Numbered from the stretch's first letter, positions 19,885 to 30,172 are shown. The stretch is 64,000 nt of DNA from an uncultured Bacilli bacterium (GCA_934099115.1 CAKOPK010000001.1:85756-149755), one strand, 5' to 3'. The notes: generated from the letters alone by a model not told the origin. Numbers and translations are program-made.

Positions 19885-19909
19885 AAAAGACAGGTTGGCT
19901 GTCTTTTTC
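19885..19909. terminator. Bidirectional intrinsic terminator between paralog 3 and mfd
   Basis: agacag (19888-19893) pairs with ctgtct (19899-19904), flanked by A-runs and T-runs. Confidence 0.6.
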
Positions 19910-19914
19910 ATTTA

Positions 19915-19936
19915 AATTATTTCCTGGGAAATAATT
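19915..19936. repeat. Palindromic element copy D (AATTATTTCCTGGGAAATAATT) overlapping the mfd stop codon
   Basis: One mismatch to the CCCGGG-core palindrome found in recF, dnaX and the methyltransferase gene. Confidence 0.6.
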
Positions 19937-22900
19937 ACTTCATATTTTTTATTAATTCTAAAAGTGGGACAAACGTATATAAGAAATGCTTGTCTTTTTC
20001 TTTTAGCATTAAGCTTATAATTATTTTCTTATTAAAATACTTAAATTTTAAGTTGGGATTAATATTATAGCTTTCTAAGAATAATTTATCTGCTTTTAGA
20101 GCATTAGATAATTCTTCTGGTAATTCTACTTCGATTAATTTGGAATTTTGTACTACTCTGGTTATATTAAGCTCACTTGCTAGTTTTTCAAACCATTCTT
20201 CATACATATAAATAATTATATTTTCATCTAATTTACCAAATCTATCTTCTAATTCTTCTTTAACTCTGTTTAGACTATCTTCTGAGTTAATCTCATTAAT
20301 TTTTTGATGGATTTCTATCTTAATTTCATCGTCAGTAGTATATTTATCAGAAATATGAGTGCTTACATTTATTAATGACTTTTCGCTCTTTTCTTCAAAT
20401 ACTTCTTCCCCTTTTAGTTTATGCATTTCTTCTTCTATCATTTGCATATATAGATTAATTCCAATAGAATCTACAAACCCCGCTTGTTCATTTCCTAAAA
20501 TATCTCCGGCACCTCTTATGGCTAAATCGCGCATGGCAATACGATACCCGCTTCCTAGCTCTGTAAATTCTTTAATTGCTTCTAGACGTTTAACCGCTAT
20601 TTCATTTAACAATTTGCTTTTATCATATAATAAATAGGCATATGCAATACGATTTGACCTACCAACTCTTCCTCGTATTTGATATAGTTGAGAAAGTCCA
20701 AAGTGGTCAGCATTATAAATTATTAAAGTATTTGCTCTTGGAATGTCTATTCCTGTTTCTATAATAGTAGTACATACTAAAATATCATATTTATAATCAA
20801 TAAAGTCTTGCATTATATTCTCTAAATCTACTTTTGACATTTGGCCATGAGCACTAATTATTCTTGCTTCTGGAACTAAAGTTTTTAATTTATTTATAAC
20901 TGTTTCTAATTGATTAATATTATTATATAATACAAATACTTGACCTTCACGTGATAATTCTTTATAGATTGCATCTTTTACAATTAAATCTTGTTCTTCC
21001 ATTACATAGGTTTGGATTGGATATCTATTTACTGGTGGAGTATCAATTACAGATAAGTCACGCAAACCGGACATAGCCATTTTTAACGTTCTAGGAATTG
21101 GGGTAGCTGATAAAGTTAAAACATTAACATCATTTTTGTATTTTTTAATTTTTTCTTTATGAGTTACACCAAAACGTTGTTCTTCATCTACGATTAAAAG
21201 GCCTAATTTTTTAAATTTTACATCATCACTTAATAATCTATGAGTTCCAAAAACAATATCTATTGTACCTTTTTCTAAGCCCTCTAAAATATTTTTAGTT
21301 TCTTTGGGAGATGTAAAACGATTTAGTAGTGCTATTTCTACAGGATAATCTTTAAATCTTTCTAATGCACTTGTATATTGTTGTTTTGATAATATTGTTG
21401 TAGGACATAAATAAAATACTTGTTTATTATTTAAAATTGTTTTAAATATAGCTCTAAAGGCTACTTCTGTTTTACCAAATCCTACATCGCCACATAATAA
21501 GCGGTCCATTGGTACTGGGTCTTTTAAATCTTTATTAATTTCATTAATTGCTCTTTCTTGGTCTTTAGTTGGATTATATTGAAAGCTTTTAGCAAAGTCT
21601 TCTTCCATTGTATAATCTTTATAAGCATCTGCTTTTATGGCTTTTCTAGAGGCATATAATTTCAATAATTCTTCTGATATATCTTTTATTTTCTTTTCTA
21701 CTGCTCTTTTTGTTTTAGCCCAATTTGTAGAGTTTAACTTGTTTATTTTAGGTTTTAAGCCATCTTTACTAGCGTATTTTAAAATAGTATCCATTTTTTC
21801 TACAGGTATATATACTTTATCATTTCCAGCATATAATATTTCAATATAATCTTTTTCTAAGCCATTTTGGCTTAAAGTTTTAATTCCATTATATATACCT
21901 ATTCCATGAGCCATATGTACTACATAATCACCTAAATTTAAAGAATTTAAGTCTTTTATTTTACGTCCTATTTTATATTTATTTTTATATTTTATTTCTT
22001 CTGTATTTACTTTTTCAATATCATTTTCGCTTATTACTACATATTTATCAATAATAAAGCCTTTGGGTAATTGTTGCTTAACAACTTTAAAAGGAACTGT
22101 TATATTCTCTTTTATTATATTTATTTGTTTATCTTTAGTAAGAGCAAAAATTATTTCATAGCCTTTTTTGTGCCAAATTGCTGTTTGATCTTTTAATTTT
22201 TCAAAGTTAGAATTAAAATTTTCTATTTCGCTAGATTTTATATTTAATACATCTTTGGTGGTTATATTATCTAAGTATGTAATATATATATTTTCTTTGC
22301 TATTAATTTCATTTAAATTATACATAAACTGGTGATTTTCTGGTAACCCTTTACTTGTTTTGTACTCAAACATTTCTTCTTCTAATTTATTATAACTTGC
22401 ATTAATTCTACTATTATCAATAGTGACTACTATGGGATTATTGCAATAGTCATATAAACTTGAATAATTATCTGTTTTTATGTCACCATTAGGTATTAAC
22501 TCTATTTCTTCTATTTCTTCAATACTTTTTTGAGTTTCTTCGTCAAAGTAACGAATGGATTCTATAGTTTTGCCAAAAAATTCAATACGTATTGGATGTT
22601 CTTTTAAAGTAACAAAAATATCAATTACAAAGCCTCTTATAGCATATTCACCAGTAGATGTTACGATTGTATCTCTTTTATATTCTAAAGCATCTAATAC
22701 TTCTAAAAGCTTTTCTCTATTTATATCTTCTCCTTTTTTTAATTTTATATTTAACTTTTGGCCTGTTTTTAAGTCTGGTAAATATTTTAAAAAACCCATT
22801 AAATTAGTAACAACTATCCCCGTGTTTGTTTTTAAAGCCTCAATAGTTTCTATTCTTGTTGTTTTTAATTCTGGAGAGATTGCAATAGCCATACTCGTTA

Positions 22901-23147
22901 AAAAATCGTCCATTGGAAACATATAAGTTTGGTCTTCCATTCGTTTTAAATTGCTATAAAATTTATTTGCTTCATATAAAGTACTTGTTAAGACAATAAT
23001 ATTTTTATTCTTTTGGTGATATAATTTTTCAACGTATAAAGCCGCAAGTTCGTTTGTTAAACCCGCGATAGTTAAATTATTATCATAACGAAAATAACTA
23101 TCTAAAAAATCCATAAAGACCCTTCCTTTATTTATGATTATAGTCAT
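19935..23147 (-). CDS. mfd: Transcription-repair coupling factor
   Basis: 1070 aa; UvrB-homology, RNAP-interaction, DEAD/DEAH helicase and TRCF domains. Confidence 0.95.
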   Translation of the reverse strand: MTIIINKGRVFMDFLDSYFRYDNNLTIAGLTNELAALYVEKLYHQKNKNIIVLTSTLYEANKFYSNLKRMEDQTYMFPMDDFLTSMAIAISPELKTTRIETIEALKTNTGIVVTNLMGFLKYLPDLKTGQKLNIKLKKGEDINREKLLEVLDALEYKRDTIVTSTGEYAIRGFVIDIFVTLKEHPIRIEFFGKTIESIRYFDEETQKSIEEIEEIELIPNGDIKTDNYSSLYDYCNNPIVVTIDNSRINASYNKLEEEMFEYKTSKGLPENHQFMYNLNEINSKENIYITYLDNITTKDVLNIKSSEIENFNSNFEKLKDQTAIWHKKGYEIIFALTKDKQINIIKENITVPFKVVKQQLPKGFIIDKYVVISENDIEKVNTEEIKYKNKYKIGRKIKDLNSLNLGDYVVHMAHGIGIYNGIKTLSQNGLEKDYIEILYAGNDKVYIPVEKMDTILKYASKDGLKPKINKLNSTNWAKTKRAVEKKIKDISEELLKLYASRKAIKADAYKDYTMEEDFAKSFQYNPTKDQERAINEINKDLKDPVPMDRLLCGDVGFGKTEVAFRAIFKTILNNKQVFYLCPTTILSKQQYTSALERFKDYPVEIALLNRFTSPKETKNILEGLEKGTIDIVFGTHRLLSDDVKFKKLGLLIVDEEQRFGVTHKEKIKKYKNDVNVLTLSATPIPRTLKMAMSGLRDLSVIDTPPVNRYPIQTYVMEEQDLIVKDAIYKELSREGQVFVLYNNINQLETVINKLKTLVPEARIISAHGQMSKVDLENIMQDFIDYKYDILVCTTIIETGIDIPRANTLIIYNADHFGLSQLYQIRGRVGRSNRIAYAYLLYDKSKLLNEIAVKRLEAIKEFTELGSGYRIAMRDLAIRGAGDILGNEQAGFVDSIGINLYMQMIEEEMHKLKGEEVFEEKSEKSLINVSTHISDKYTTDDEIKIEIHQKINEINSEDSLNRVKEELEDRFGKLDENIIIYMYEEWFEKLASELNITRVVQNSKLIEVELPEELSNALKADKLFLESYNINPNLKFKYFNKKIIISLMLKEKDKHFLYTFVPLLELIKNMK

Positions 23148-23706
23148 TCATGACTTTTGCAATAGAATTTCTTATAAAACTTTCAATTATTTTATCAAAA
23201 ATTGGATATAAATTAGCAATTGCTTCTCGTTCTTCTTTGTTAAATGTACCTAAAACATAATCTTTTACATCACCTTTTGTATTATGAGATATTCCTACTT
23301 TTAATCTAGCAAAAGCATTTGAATTTAAATGTTCAATAATAGACTTGATACCATTATGGCCTCCAGCACTACTATTTATCTTAATACGATATTTCCCAAC
23401 TGCTAAGTCTAAATCATCTTGAATTACCAAAATGTCTTCGGGAGTAATTTTAAAATATCGGGCATAAGCACCAACGGCATTGCCTGATAAATTCATATAA
23501 GTTTCTGGTTTTATAAAATATACTTTTTCATCATCAATATTAAGAGTTGTACACATGGCATTCATTTTATTTTGCCAAATTACAGACTTATTTTTTAAAT
23601 AATTATCTATTACCATAAATCCTATATTATGACGAGTATTTTCATATTCTTTTCCTGGGTTTCCTAATCCTACTATTAGTTTCATGTTCTTACCTCTTAA
23701 TTCCAT
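23128..23706 (-). CDS. pth: Peptidyl-tRNA hydrolase
   Basis: LIVGLGNPG…NIGF Pth signature. Confidence 0.9.
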   Translation of the reverse strand: MELRGKNMKLIVGLGNPGKEYENTRHNIGFMVIDNYLKNKSVIWQNKMNAMCTTLNIDDEKVYFIKPETYMNLSGNAVGAYARYFKITPEDILVIQDDLDLAVGKYRIKINSSAGGHNGIKSIIEHLNSNAFARLKVGISHNTKGDVKDYVLGTFNKEEREAIANLYPIFDKIIESFIRNSIAKVMNDYNHK

Positions 23707-24404
23707 ATGTTTTGATATGTTTTTGTTTCTCTATTTATTATTTTATGATCCACTTTCATTCCTATACGGGCATTTTTAACACATTTTATTAAAACCATTA
23801 TTGCAGGTTCTTCTTCTTTGGAAGAAATAAATGTCATCTTTTTTATTCTTAAATTATTTTTGGAGCATAAGGTTATAATTTCTTCTAGTCGTTCTGGGCG
23901 ATGGACTAGATAAAACTCACCATTATTCTTTAATAGATAAGATGCTATTTCTATTAATTCTTTCAATGTAATGGTTATTTCATGTCTTGCTATCGCTTTT
24001 TCATAATTTTCATTTTTTAATGAACTATCCTGTTTAAAAAACGGTGGATTGCAGGTTATTATGTCAAAATTATTTCCCGGGAAATAATTTTTAGCATTTT
24101 TGGCCGTATCATTAATCATTGTTATTTTATTTCCCAAGCCATTTTCTGCAATACTTTTAACTGCTAGATCATAAATTGATTTTTGAATTTCTATTCCAGT
24201 TATTTGTATTTCTGTTTTATTTGCAATAATCATAGGCAATGGTGCATTTCCTGTACATAAGTCCAATAATGTTTTTTTATTTTTGGTTTCTATGTATTCT
24301 GCTAGTAAAAGAGAATCCAAAGAGAACTTGAATTTCTCATTATCTTGATAAATAATTAAACCATAGTCATATAAATCATTTTTTACTGTCATCATTATCT
24401 CCAA
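23697..24404 (-). CDS. SAM-dependent N6-adenine methyltransferase (YabB/TrmN6-like), carrying palindromic element copy A in frame
   Basis: NPPF motif (ITCNPPFF); the palindrome at 24066-24091 encodes NYFPGNN just before it. Confidence 0.7.
   Translation of the reverse strand: MEIMMTVKNDLYDYGLIIYQDNEKFKFSLDSLLLAEYIETKNKKTLLDLCTGNAPLPMIIANKTEIQITGIEIQKSIYDLAVKSIAENGLGNKITMINDTAKNAKNYFPGNNFDIITCNPPFFKQDSSLKNENYEKAIARHEITITLKELIEIASYLLKNNGEFYLVHRPERLEEIITLCSKNNLRIKKMTFISSKEEEPAIMVLIKCVKNARIGMKVDHKIINRETKTYQNIWN
24066..24091. repeat. Palindromic element copy A (AAAATTATTTCCCGGGAAATAATTTT, perfect 26-bp palindrome) inside the methyltransferase CDS
   Basis: Exact match to the other copies; translated in frame as NYFPGNN. 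Confidence 0.65.
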
Positions 24405-25176
24405 GATACATGTCTATTTTTTCATTATTTACTAAAACTTTATAACTACGATTTAAAATGTTTTTACTTATAACTTGGCCACTGCCACCTGGTGTTTCCA
24501 CAATATTTCCAACATCTGGCATTCCTTGATTACATTCTTTATATTGCTCATCTTCATAAGTTAGACAGCATAATAGGCGACCACATAAGCCATTAATTTT
24601 GGTTGGATTAAGTGCTAACCCTTGGTTTTTAGCCATGTTCATAGATACAGAATCTATATGATTTAAAAAACTAGCACAGCATATTTTTTGACCACATTGA
24701 CCTAATCCACCAATTTCACGAGCTTTATCACGAGCTCCAATTTGGCGCAATTCTATTCGTGTACGATAAATGCTTGCTAGTTTTTTAGCAAGTAAGCGAA
24801 AATCTATTCTTTCATCGGCTAAAAAATTAAATATTAGCTGTTTACGGTCGAAAGTAAAACTGGCATTAATTATTTTCATTTCTAAGCCTAGCTCTTTTAC
24901 TATATTTCTACATTCTTTTAAAGCTTTTTCTCCATCACGGAGGTTTTTTAAGTATTGTTCATAATCTGATTTTGTAGAAATACGAATTACTTCTTTTAAT
25001 TCTTCTAAATTAATATTCTCTTTTTCTAAAACACTAATCACTTTGCCAAATTGTAGTCCTTTTTCAGTTTCTGTAATTACTGTTACATTTATTGGACATT
25101 TAAACGTGCTTTTAAAATTATATACTTTGCCATTATCTTTAAAGTTTATTCCATAAATATAATAATTATTATTCAT
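24376..25176 (-). CDS. PSP1-domain protein YaaT/RicT
   Basis: PSP1 C-terminal Cys-rich region; follows holB as in Bacillus. Confidence 0.75.
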   Translation of the reverse strand: MNNNYYIYGINFKDNGKVYNFKSTFKCPINVTVITETEKGLQFGKVISVLEKENINLEELKEVIRISTKSDYEQYLKNLRDGEKALKECRNIVKELGLEMKIINASFTFDRKQLIFNFLADERIDFRLLAKKLASIYRTRIELRQIGARDKAREIGGLGQCGQKICCASFLNHIDSVSMNMAKNQGLALNPTKINGLCGRLLCCLTYEDEQYKECNQGMPDVGNIVETPGGSGQVISKNILNRSYKVLVNNEKIDMYLGDNDDSKK

Positions 25177-26014
25177 TGCAACCTCGCATTTCTATAACGA
25201 ATTTATCTAATATTAGTTCTATATTTACATTATAACTCATATCTTGTAATATGTTAGTAATAATATTTAATTTTCTGATAATTATTTTAGGAGTATCTTC
25301 TATTTCAAAGGCTTTTACTAGGTTTTGATTATATTCTAGACCTGAAGCTTTTAAAAGATTTTCATAGTAAATATTTAATATTATTTTTAAAATTTGCTCA
25401 ATATCTTTTTTCTCACTATAATTATTTAATAATTCTTTTTTATTATTAATTAATTCTTTTGAATTAATTTTTTTTAAATAAGACAACGCTGTATTTTTAT
25501 AATTTTCATATTCTTCTTTTGTTATTTCTTCATTTGTTTCTTCATAGTTTAAAATTATACTTTGACATCGACTCTTAATCGTATCTATCATTACATCTTT
25601 ATTATTAGTAAGAAAAAAGCCTAAAATCCCTGGGGTTGGTTCTTCGACAAATTTTAGCATAGAGTTGGCACTGCTGGCGTTTAGTTTCTCAGCATTTTTA
25701 ACTATATAAGTATTATATCTACTATAAATTGGAATAGTACTAAAACTATCTTTTAAGGTTTCTATTTGTTCTTTTTTAATGCTTATTCCATTCGGTTCAA
25801 TTATTTTTAAACTAGGAAGACTATCTTTATTAATTAGATTACATAAATTACACTTTGTACAATTAAAACTATATGTTTCTTTACAATTTAACATTTTTAT
25901 TACTTCTTTTAAGTCTTTTAAAGCCAAAGTCATATTATTTGTTTCAATTAAATAGGCGTGAGCTAATTTTCCCTCACGATTTTTTATGACTAATTCTTCT
26001 AATTCTTTTAACAT
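25169..26014 (-). CDS. holB: DNA polymerase III delta' subunit
   Basis: AAA+ clamp-loader fold (…GKLAHAYLIE…); the track ORF extends to 26173 but the likely start is the internal ATG (MLKELEEL). Confidence 0.75.
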   Translation of the reverse strand: MLKELEELVIKNREGKLAHAYLIETNNMTLALKDLKEVIKMLNCKETYSFNCTKCNLCNLINKDSLPSLKIIEPNGISIKKEQIETLKDSFSTIPIYSRYNTYIVKNAEKLNASSANSMLKFVEEPTPGILGFFLTNNKDVMIDTIKSRCQSIILNYEETNEEITKEEYENYKNTALSYLKKINSKELINNKKELLNNYSEKKDIEQILKIILNIYYENLLKASGLEYNQNLVKAFEIEDTPKIIIRKLNIITNILQDMSYNVNIELILDKFVIEMRGCNE

Positions 26015-26022
26015 AAGTCCTC

Positions 26023-26217
26023 CTAAATAAGAAAATATGTTGCTACTAATCCTAAAATTCCAGGAGTTCCTAAGAATGTTACTAATACAATAGTTATTAT
26101 ATTTATTGGGATAAAGATACTGGTTGTAGATAGAAGTATATTTAATCCATATAGCATTACAAATGATACACATAGTTTTCTTATATATTTTATTATTTTT
26201 TTTGCCATAATCATCAC
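26023..26217 (-). CDS. bofA: Pro-sigma-K processing inhibitor BofA-like membrane protein
   Basis: …PINIITIVLVTFLGTPGILGLVATYF matches the BofA PINL…G.LG.PGI motif; recR-bofA synteny as in B. subtilis. Confidence 0.55.
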   Translation of the reverse strand: MMIMAKKIIKYIRKLCVSFVMLYGLNILLSTTSIFIPINIITIVLVTFLGTPGILGLVATYFLI

Positions 26218-26244
26218 ACTAATATATATGATTATTATACTTTT

Positions 26245-26847
26245 TTATTCCGATATTTTTTTTCGGTCTTCTAGTGCTTTTTCTAAAGTAATATTATCTA
26301 AATAATCTATTTCGGCACCGATTGGGATACCATAAGATAATCTAGATATTGTTACTTTTTTATTTTCAAGTATTTTTTTTATATATAGGGTTGTAGCTTC
26401 TCCTTCAATAGTTGGCCTTAAGGCTAGAATCAACTCAGGATTTTCTAAATTATCTACACGATTTAAAAGTGAAGGCAAATTAATATCTTCTGGGCCTATA
26501 TCATCCATTGGGGAAATAAGGCCATTTAGTACATGATAAGTTCCGTTGTATTTGCCTGATTTTTCAAATGAAAAAATACTTTTAAAATCTTCTACTACAC
26601 AAATTGTATTTTTGTTTCTATTTAAGTCATTACAAATATCACAAATCTCTTTATCTGTTAGATGTCCACAGATATTGCATCTTCCTAGTTTAGTCTTTGC
26701 TTCTTTCAAAGTTATACTAAATCCATCTATTTCTTCATCAGAAAACTCTAGGGTGGCTATAGCTAATCTTTCGGCACTTTTTTCGCCTATTCCAGGTAAT
26801 TTTTTATAGTAGCCTATTAATTGTTCTAAATAGCTAGGATAATTCAT
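26245..26847 (-). CDS. recR: Recombination protein RecR
   Basis: HhH, C4 zinc finger (CNICGHL…CDIC) and Toprim domains. Confidence 0.95.
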   Translation of the reverse strand: MNYPSYLEQLIGYYKKLPGIGEKSAERLAIATLEFSDEEIDGFSITLKEAKTKLGRCNICGHLTDKEICDICNDLNRNKNTICVVEDFKSIFSFEKSGKYNGTYHVLNGLISPMDDIGPEDINLPSLLNRVDNLENPELILALRPTIEGEATTLYIKKILENKKVTISRLSYGIPIGAEIDYLDNITLEKALEDRKKISE

Positions 26848-27146
26848 TAGAATAGTCCATTTAGAGAAGAGCCATAGGCACCCATTTTGCTCTCTATTTC
26901 TTTGTCTATTTTGTTTGTAGCATTATTTATTGCTATTTTAATCATATCTTCTAGAGCTTCTTTATCATCATCTTCAATTGGGCCTTCGAAAAGTATTTTA
27001 ATAGATTGTATTTCCTTCTTGCCATTCATTTCAACTTTTACCCATTCGCTGGTTCCTTCAAAAATAGTTTTATCTATTTCCTCTTTCTTTTTAGTAATAT
27101 CTTTTTGCATTTTTTGTGCTTGTTGCATTAAACTTTGAATATTCAT
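26847..27146 (-). CDS. ybaB: Nucleoid-associated protein YbaB/EbfC
   Basis: ~100-aa YbaB family, between dnaX and recR. Confidence 0.85.
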   Translation of the reverse strand: MNIQSLMQQAQKMQKDITKKKEEIDKTIFEGTSEWVKVEMNGKKEIQSIKILFEGPIEDDDKEALEDMIKIAINNATNKIDKEIESKMGAYGSSLNGLF

Positions 27147-27161
27147 TTTCTTTCCTTCTTT

Positions 27162-28733
27162 CTAATTTATTTCTATTTTATCTTTATCAAATAGATTTAA
27201 AGCGATATCTTCCATAGAAGTGCTTTCTTTTGGTTCCTCTTGTTTTTCTACAGGTTCTTCTATATATTCATACTTATAATTGTTTTTTAAGTTTGTTATA
27301 TAAATTTGTTTTTCTTTTTGCCATTCACTATCACTAATGGCAATAAAATTATAATTAGTATTTGAATAAATGTCGTAATATTTTTTTAATTTATCAAGAT
27401 TGTTGTTAATAAGTGCTACCGTTCCTTCTAAAGAGCTGGATATTATAGCAAGTTTATCACTTGCAACCACTAAGTTACTATCTATTAGAAGATTTAAAAG
27501 GGTTTTATCCTCTAGAGTTTCTAAGAAACTGTCCCATGTATCTCGAACTTTTTGGAGATATTCTTTTTTTGCATTTACAAAACAATTATTAACTCTGATT
27601 CTTTTTAATTCGTTTGTTTTATCTTGAAAAATTGTTGATTTTGGTTGGGAAATTATTTCCCGGGAAATAATTTTAGACTCTTTTGCAGTGTTTATCATTG
27701 AATTTTCTTCTTTTTGAAAATATTTTAAAAGAGTTATTTCTATTAGTAAATAGGGGTCTATATTAATATTAATGTAATTTGAAATGCTAGATAAACTAAA
27801 AGCCATTTCTTTTAAATCTTTATAAGGCAGTCCTTTATAATTTCTGCCCTTTACTTCTGCAATTGCTTCCGCTTCAATTTTTTCTAGCATTTTTTTAATC
27901 AATAATTTATAATCAATTGCTAACTCTTTAAATTTATTTATTGTTGTGATAAATTTATCTATTTCGCCATTTACTATATATTCGAATAAATCATTAATTT
28001 GTTTTTTAGATACTGACCCAAAGTGACTCATAACATCTTCAAGAGTTACTTTAGTAGTATTCCCAGATAATTGATCTAAAATACTCAGTGCATCACGCAT
28101 TCCACCATCGCTGATGTAAGCTATTTCTTCTAGAGCATCTTTATCTATATCTATTTTTTCTTGTTCTACTACATAATTTAGCCTTTTTATAATATCTATA
28201 GTGCTTATTTTATGAAAATCAAAACGCTGACATCTTGATAAGATAGTTATAGGAACAGCTTCAATATTAGTTGTAGCAAGAATAAATACTACATGTTTTG
28301 GAGGTTCCTCTAAGGTTAATAACAAGGCATTAAAAGCACTTGTACTTAACATATGAACTTCGTCAATTATATATACCTTATATTTTGAGTAAGCTGGAGC
28401 AAGCTTAATATTATTAATTATTTCACGAATTTCATCTACACCATTATTAGATGCTGCATCAATCTCAATAATATCTGCATTTTCTTTAAAATGAATACAA
28501 CTTTCGCATTCATTACACGGCCCCTTTTCTGTTGGATGCATACAGTTTATTGCTTTTGCAAAAACTTTGGCAGTACTTGTTTTTCCTGTTCCTCTTGGAC
28601 CCGAAAAGATATACGCATGAGATATATGGTCTTTTTGTATAGAATTTTTTAAAATGGATACCATGTAATCTTGGCCAATTATATTGGAAAAATTATCTGG
28701 TCTATATTTTCTATAAAGTACTTTGTAATCCAT
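27162..28733 (-). CDS. dnaX: DNA polymerase III subunit gamma/tau; contains palindromic element copy B in frame (IISREII)
   Basis: Walker A GPRGTGKTS, zinc-binding C..C..C module, clamp-loader domains. Confidence 0.95.
   Translation of the reverse strand: MDYKVLYRKYRPDNFSNIIGQDYMVSILKNSIQKDHISHAYIFSGPRGTGKTSTAKVFAKAINCMHPTEKGPCNECESCIHFKENADIIEIDAASNNGVDEIREIINNIKLAPAYSKYKVYIIDEVHMLSTSAFNALLLTLEEPPKHVVFILATTNIEAVPITILSRCQRFDFHKISTIDIIKRLNYVVEQEKIDIDKDALEEIAYISDGGMRDALSILDQLSGNTTKVTLEDVMSHFGSVSKKQINDLFEYIVNGEIDKFITTINKFKELAIDYKLLIKKMLEKIEAEAIAEVKGRNYKGLPYKDLKEMAFSLSSISNYININIDPYLLIEITLLKYFQKEENSMINTAKESKIISREIISQPKSTIFQDKTNELKRIRVNNCFVNAKKEYLQKVRDTWDSFLETLEDKTLLNLLIDSNLVVASDKLAIISSSLEGTVALINNNLDKLKKYYDIYSNTNYNFIAISDSEWQKEKQIYITNLKNNYKYEYIEEPVEKQEEPKESTSMEDIALNLFDKDKIEIN
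27651..27672. repeat. Palindromic element copy B (AATTATTTCCCGGGAAATAATT) inside dnaX
   Basis: Exact match; translated in frame as IISREII. Confidence 0.65.
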
Positions 28734-28765
28734 TTAAACCACCTACAATTATTATAGCATATATC

Positions 28766-29189
28766 TTACTTTTTGTCTCGTTGTTTCTTAAAAAACGAGC
28801 TTAATTCTTTAGTATATTTTTCCTCTATCGTACGTATGTTTGCTTTGATTATATTTGTTTTTTGGTATTCTTTTTTATAATTTTCTTTATCTATTAAATA
28901 GTAAACATTTTTAATTCGAGATTGTCGAATAGCTGCCTCACACATAGAACAAGGTTTTAAAGTTACATATAAATCACAATCTGATAAACGCCAATCTTTC
29001 AATTTTTTAGAAGCTTTTTTTATTACTAACATTTCTGCATGATCTCCAATATAGTGGCTTTTATTTCTTTTATTGTAAGAAGTAGCTATGATTTTATTAT
29101 TTCTAACTATAAGCGCACTAACTGGAACTTCATTTTGTTTACAGGCTTTATGGGCAAGTTTTAATAGTATTTCAAAATATTTTTGCATA
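28766..29189 (-). CDS. tadA: tRNA-specific adenosine deaminase
   Basis: HAE…PC..C deaminase zinc motifs; start assigned to the ATG (MQKYFEILL) after GGAGGA; the track's GTG start would lie inside the SRP RNA terminator. Confidence 0.85.
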
Positions 29190-29200
29190 ATTCCTCCATA

Positions 29201-29277
29201 AAAAAAGTGCACACAAATAGGGATTGATGTGGCTGCTATCTTCCGATTCTGACCAGGTTACAATATATTTGTTGCAC
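29201..29277 (-). ncRNA. ffs: Signal recognition particle RNA (short 4.5S-type)
   Basis: Domain IV motif ACCUGGUCAGAAUCGGAAGAUAGCAGCC (compare E. coli ACCAGGUCAGGUCCGGAAGGAAGCAGCC); 5' GUGCAACAAAUA pairs with 3' UAUUUGUGUGCAC; ends in a U-run; promoter-like TTGCTA…TGgTAAATT upstream. Confidence 0.65.
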
Positions 29278-29333
29278 ATATATAATTTACCACATTTTTA
29301 AGTATTTAGCAAGTATAAAATGATATAGATTTA

Positions 29334-30172
29334 CTATGTTTCACGTGAAACATAGTATTTTTTATTTGATATATATAACTTTTGCAAGTTTATAATCAAA
29401 TGTGTGATTATTTTAGTTATAAATCCTTTTGTTTTTAAACTATAGCACAATGTTTCACGTGAAACATTGTGGATAAGTGCAGATGGATTAATTATTTTTT
29501 TGTTTTTTAACTTTATTTTTCGTTTAAATTAGCTTAGTGTTTCTTTTTATTAATTTTTAATATAATTTTTCTAACAATGTTTCACGTGAAACATTGTTAG
29601 TAATTTTAAATTTTATATTTATAAAAGTTTTATTTATAAAAAAAAACATTATAACTACAGTATTTAGCATAAATTTTGTTTATCGATTATGTTTTTTTAA
29701 TTTAATTTATAAAATTGCGTTAATTCAATGTGCAAAATAGCTTTTATTAGCTTTAAACAAGATTTTAATATTGTTTCAGTTAAATAAATTTATGATTTTC
29801 ATTTATATTTATATAACAATGTTTCACGTGAAACATTGTTAGTAATCTTAAATTCTATTTTAATAAAAACTTTAGTTATTCAAAAAACAATATAACTGCA
29901 GTATTTAGCATATTTTTTGTTTATCGATTATACTTTTTAATTTAATTTATTAATTCAATGTACTAAAACAGTTTTTATTAGTTTTTAACAAGATTTTAAT
30001 ATTCTTTCAGTTAAATAAATTTATGATTTTCATTTATGTTTATATAGCAATGTTTCACGTGAAACATTGTGAATAACTTTTAATTAATTACAATTTTTTT
30101 TATTACTTCATTTAATTTATTTGTAATTTTAAAGTTTAGTAGGGGAATTATATGTTTCACGTGAAACATATA
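29334..30172. other. Array of six perfect parS sites (TGTTTCACGTGAAACA) at 29337, 29451, 29578, 29820, 30051 and 30153
   Basis: Each is a 16-bp palindrome matching the Spo0J/ParB consensus tGTTNCACGTGAAACa; some extend to 22-30 bp perfect palindromes. Confidence 0.75.
29560..30070. repeat. ~235-bp tandem direct repeat (about 2.2 units), each unit carrying a parS palindrome
   Basis: 29571-29810 aligns with 29812-30045 at roughly 85-90% identity; AT-rich. Confidence 0.7.

Noticed and set aside
20359-22926. Plus-strand ORFs inside mfd (20359-20637, 21637-21849, 22555-22926), and similar antisense ORFs inside gyrA, gyrB, recF, dnaN, dnaX, prfA, argS and pgk
   Set aside because: All are embedded antisense in highly conserved genes and are typical AT-rich shadow ORFs.
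26023-26217. The small ORF 26023-26217 as a spurious overlap with the holB N-terminus
   Set aside because: Kept as bofA: its motif matches BofA, and the holB N-terminal extension that overlaps it is probably not translated.
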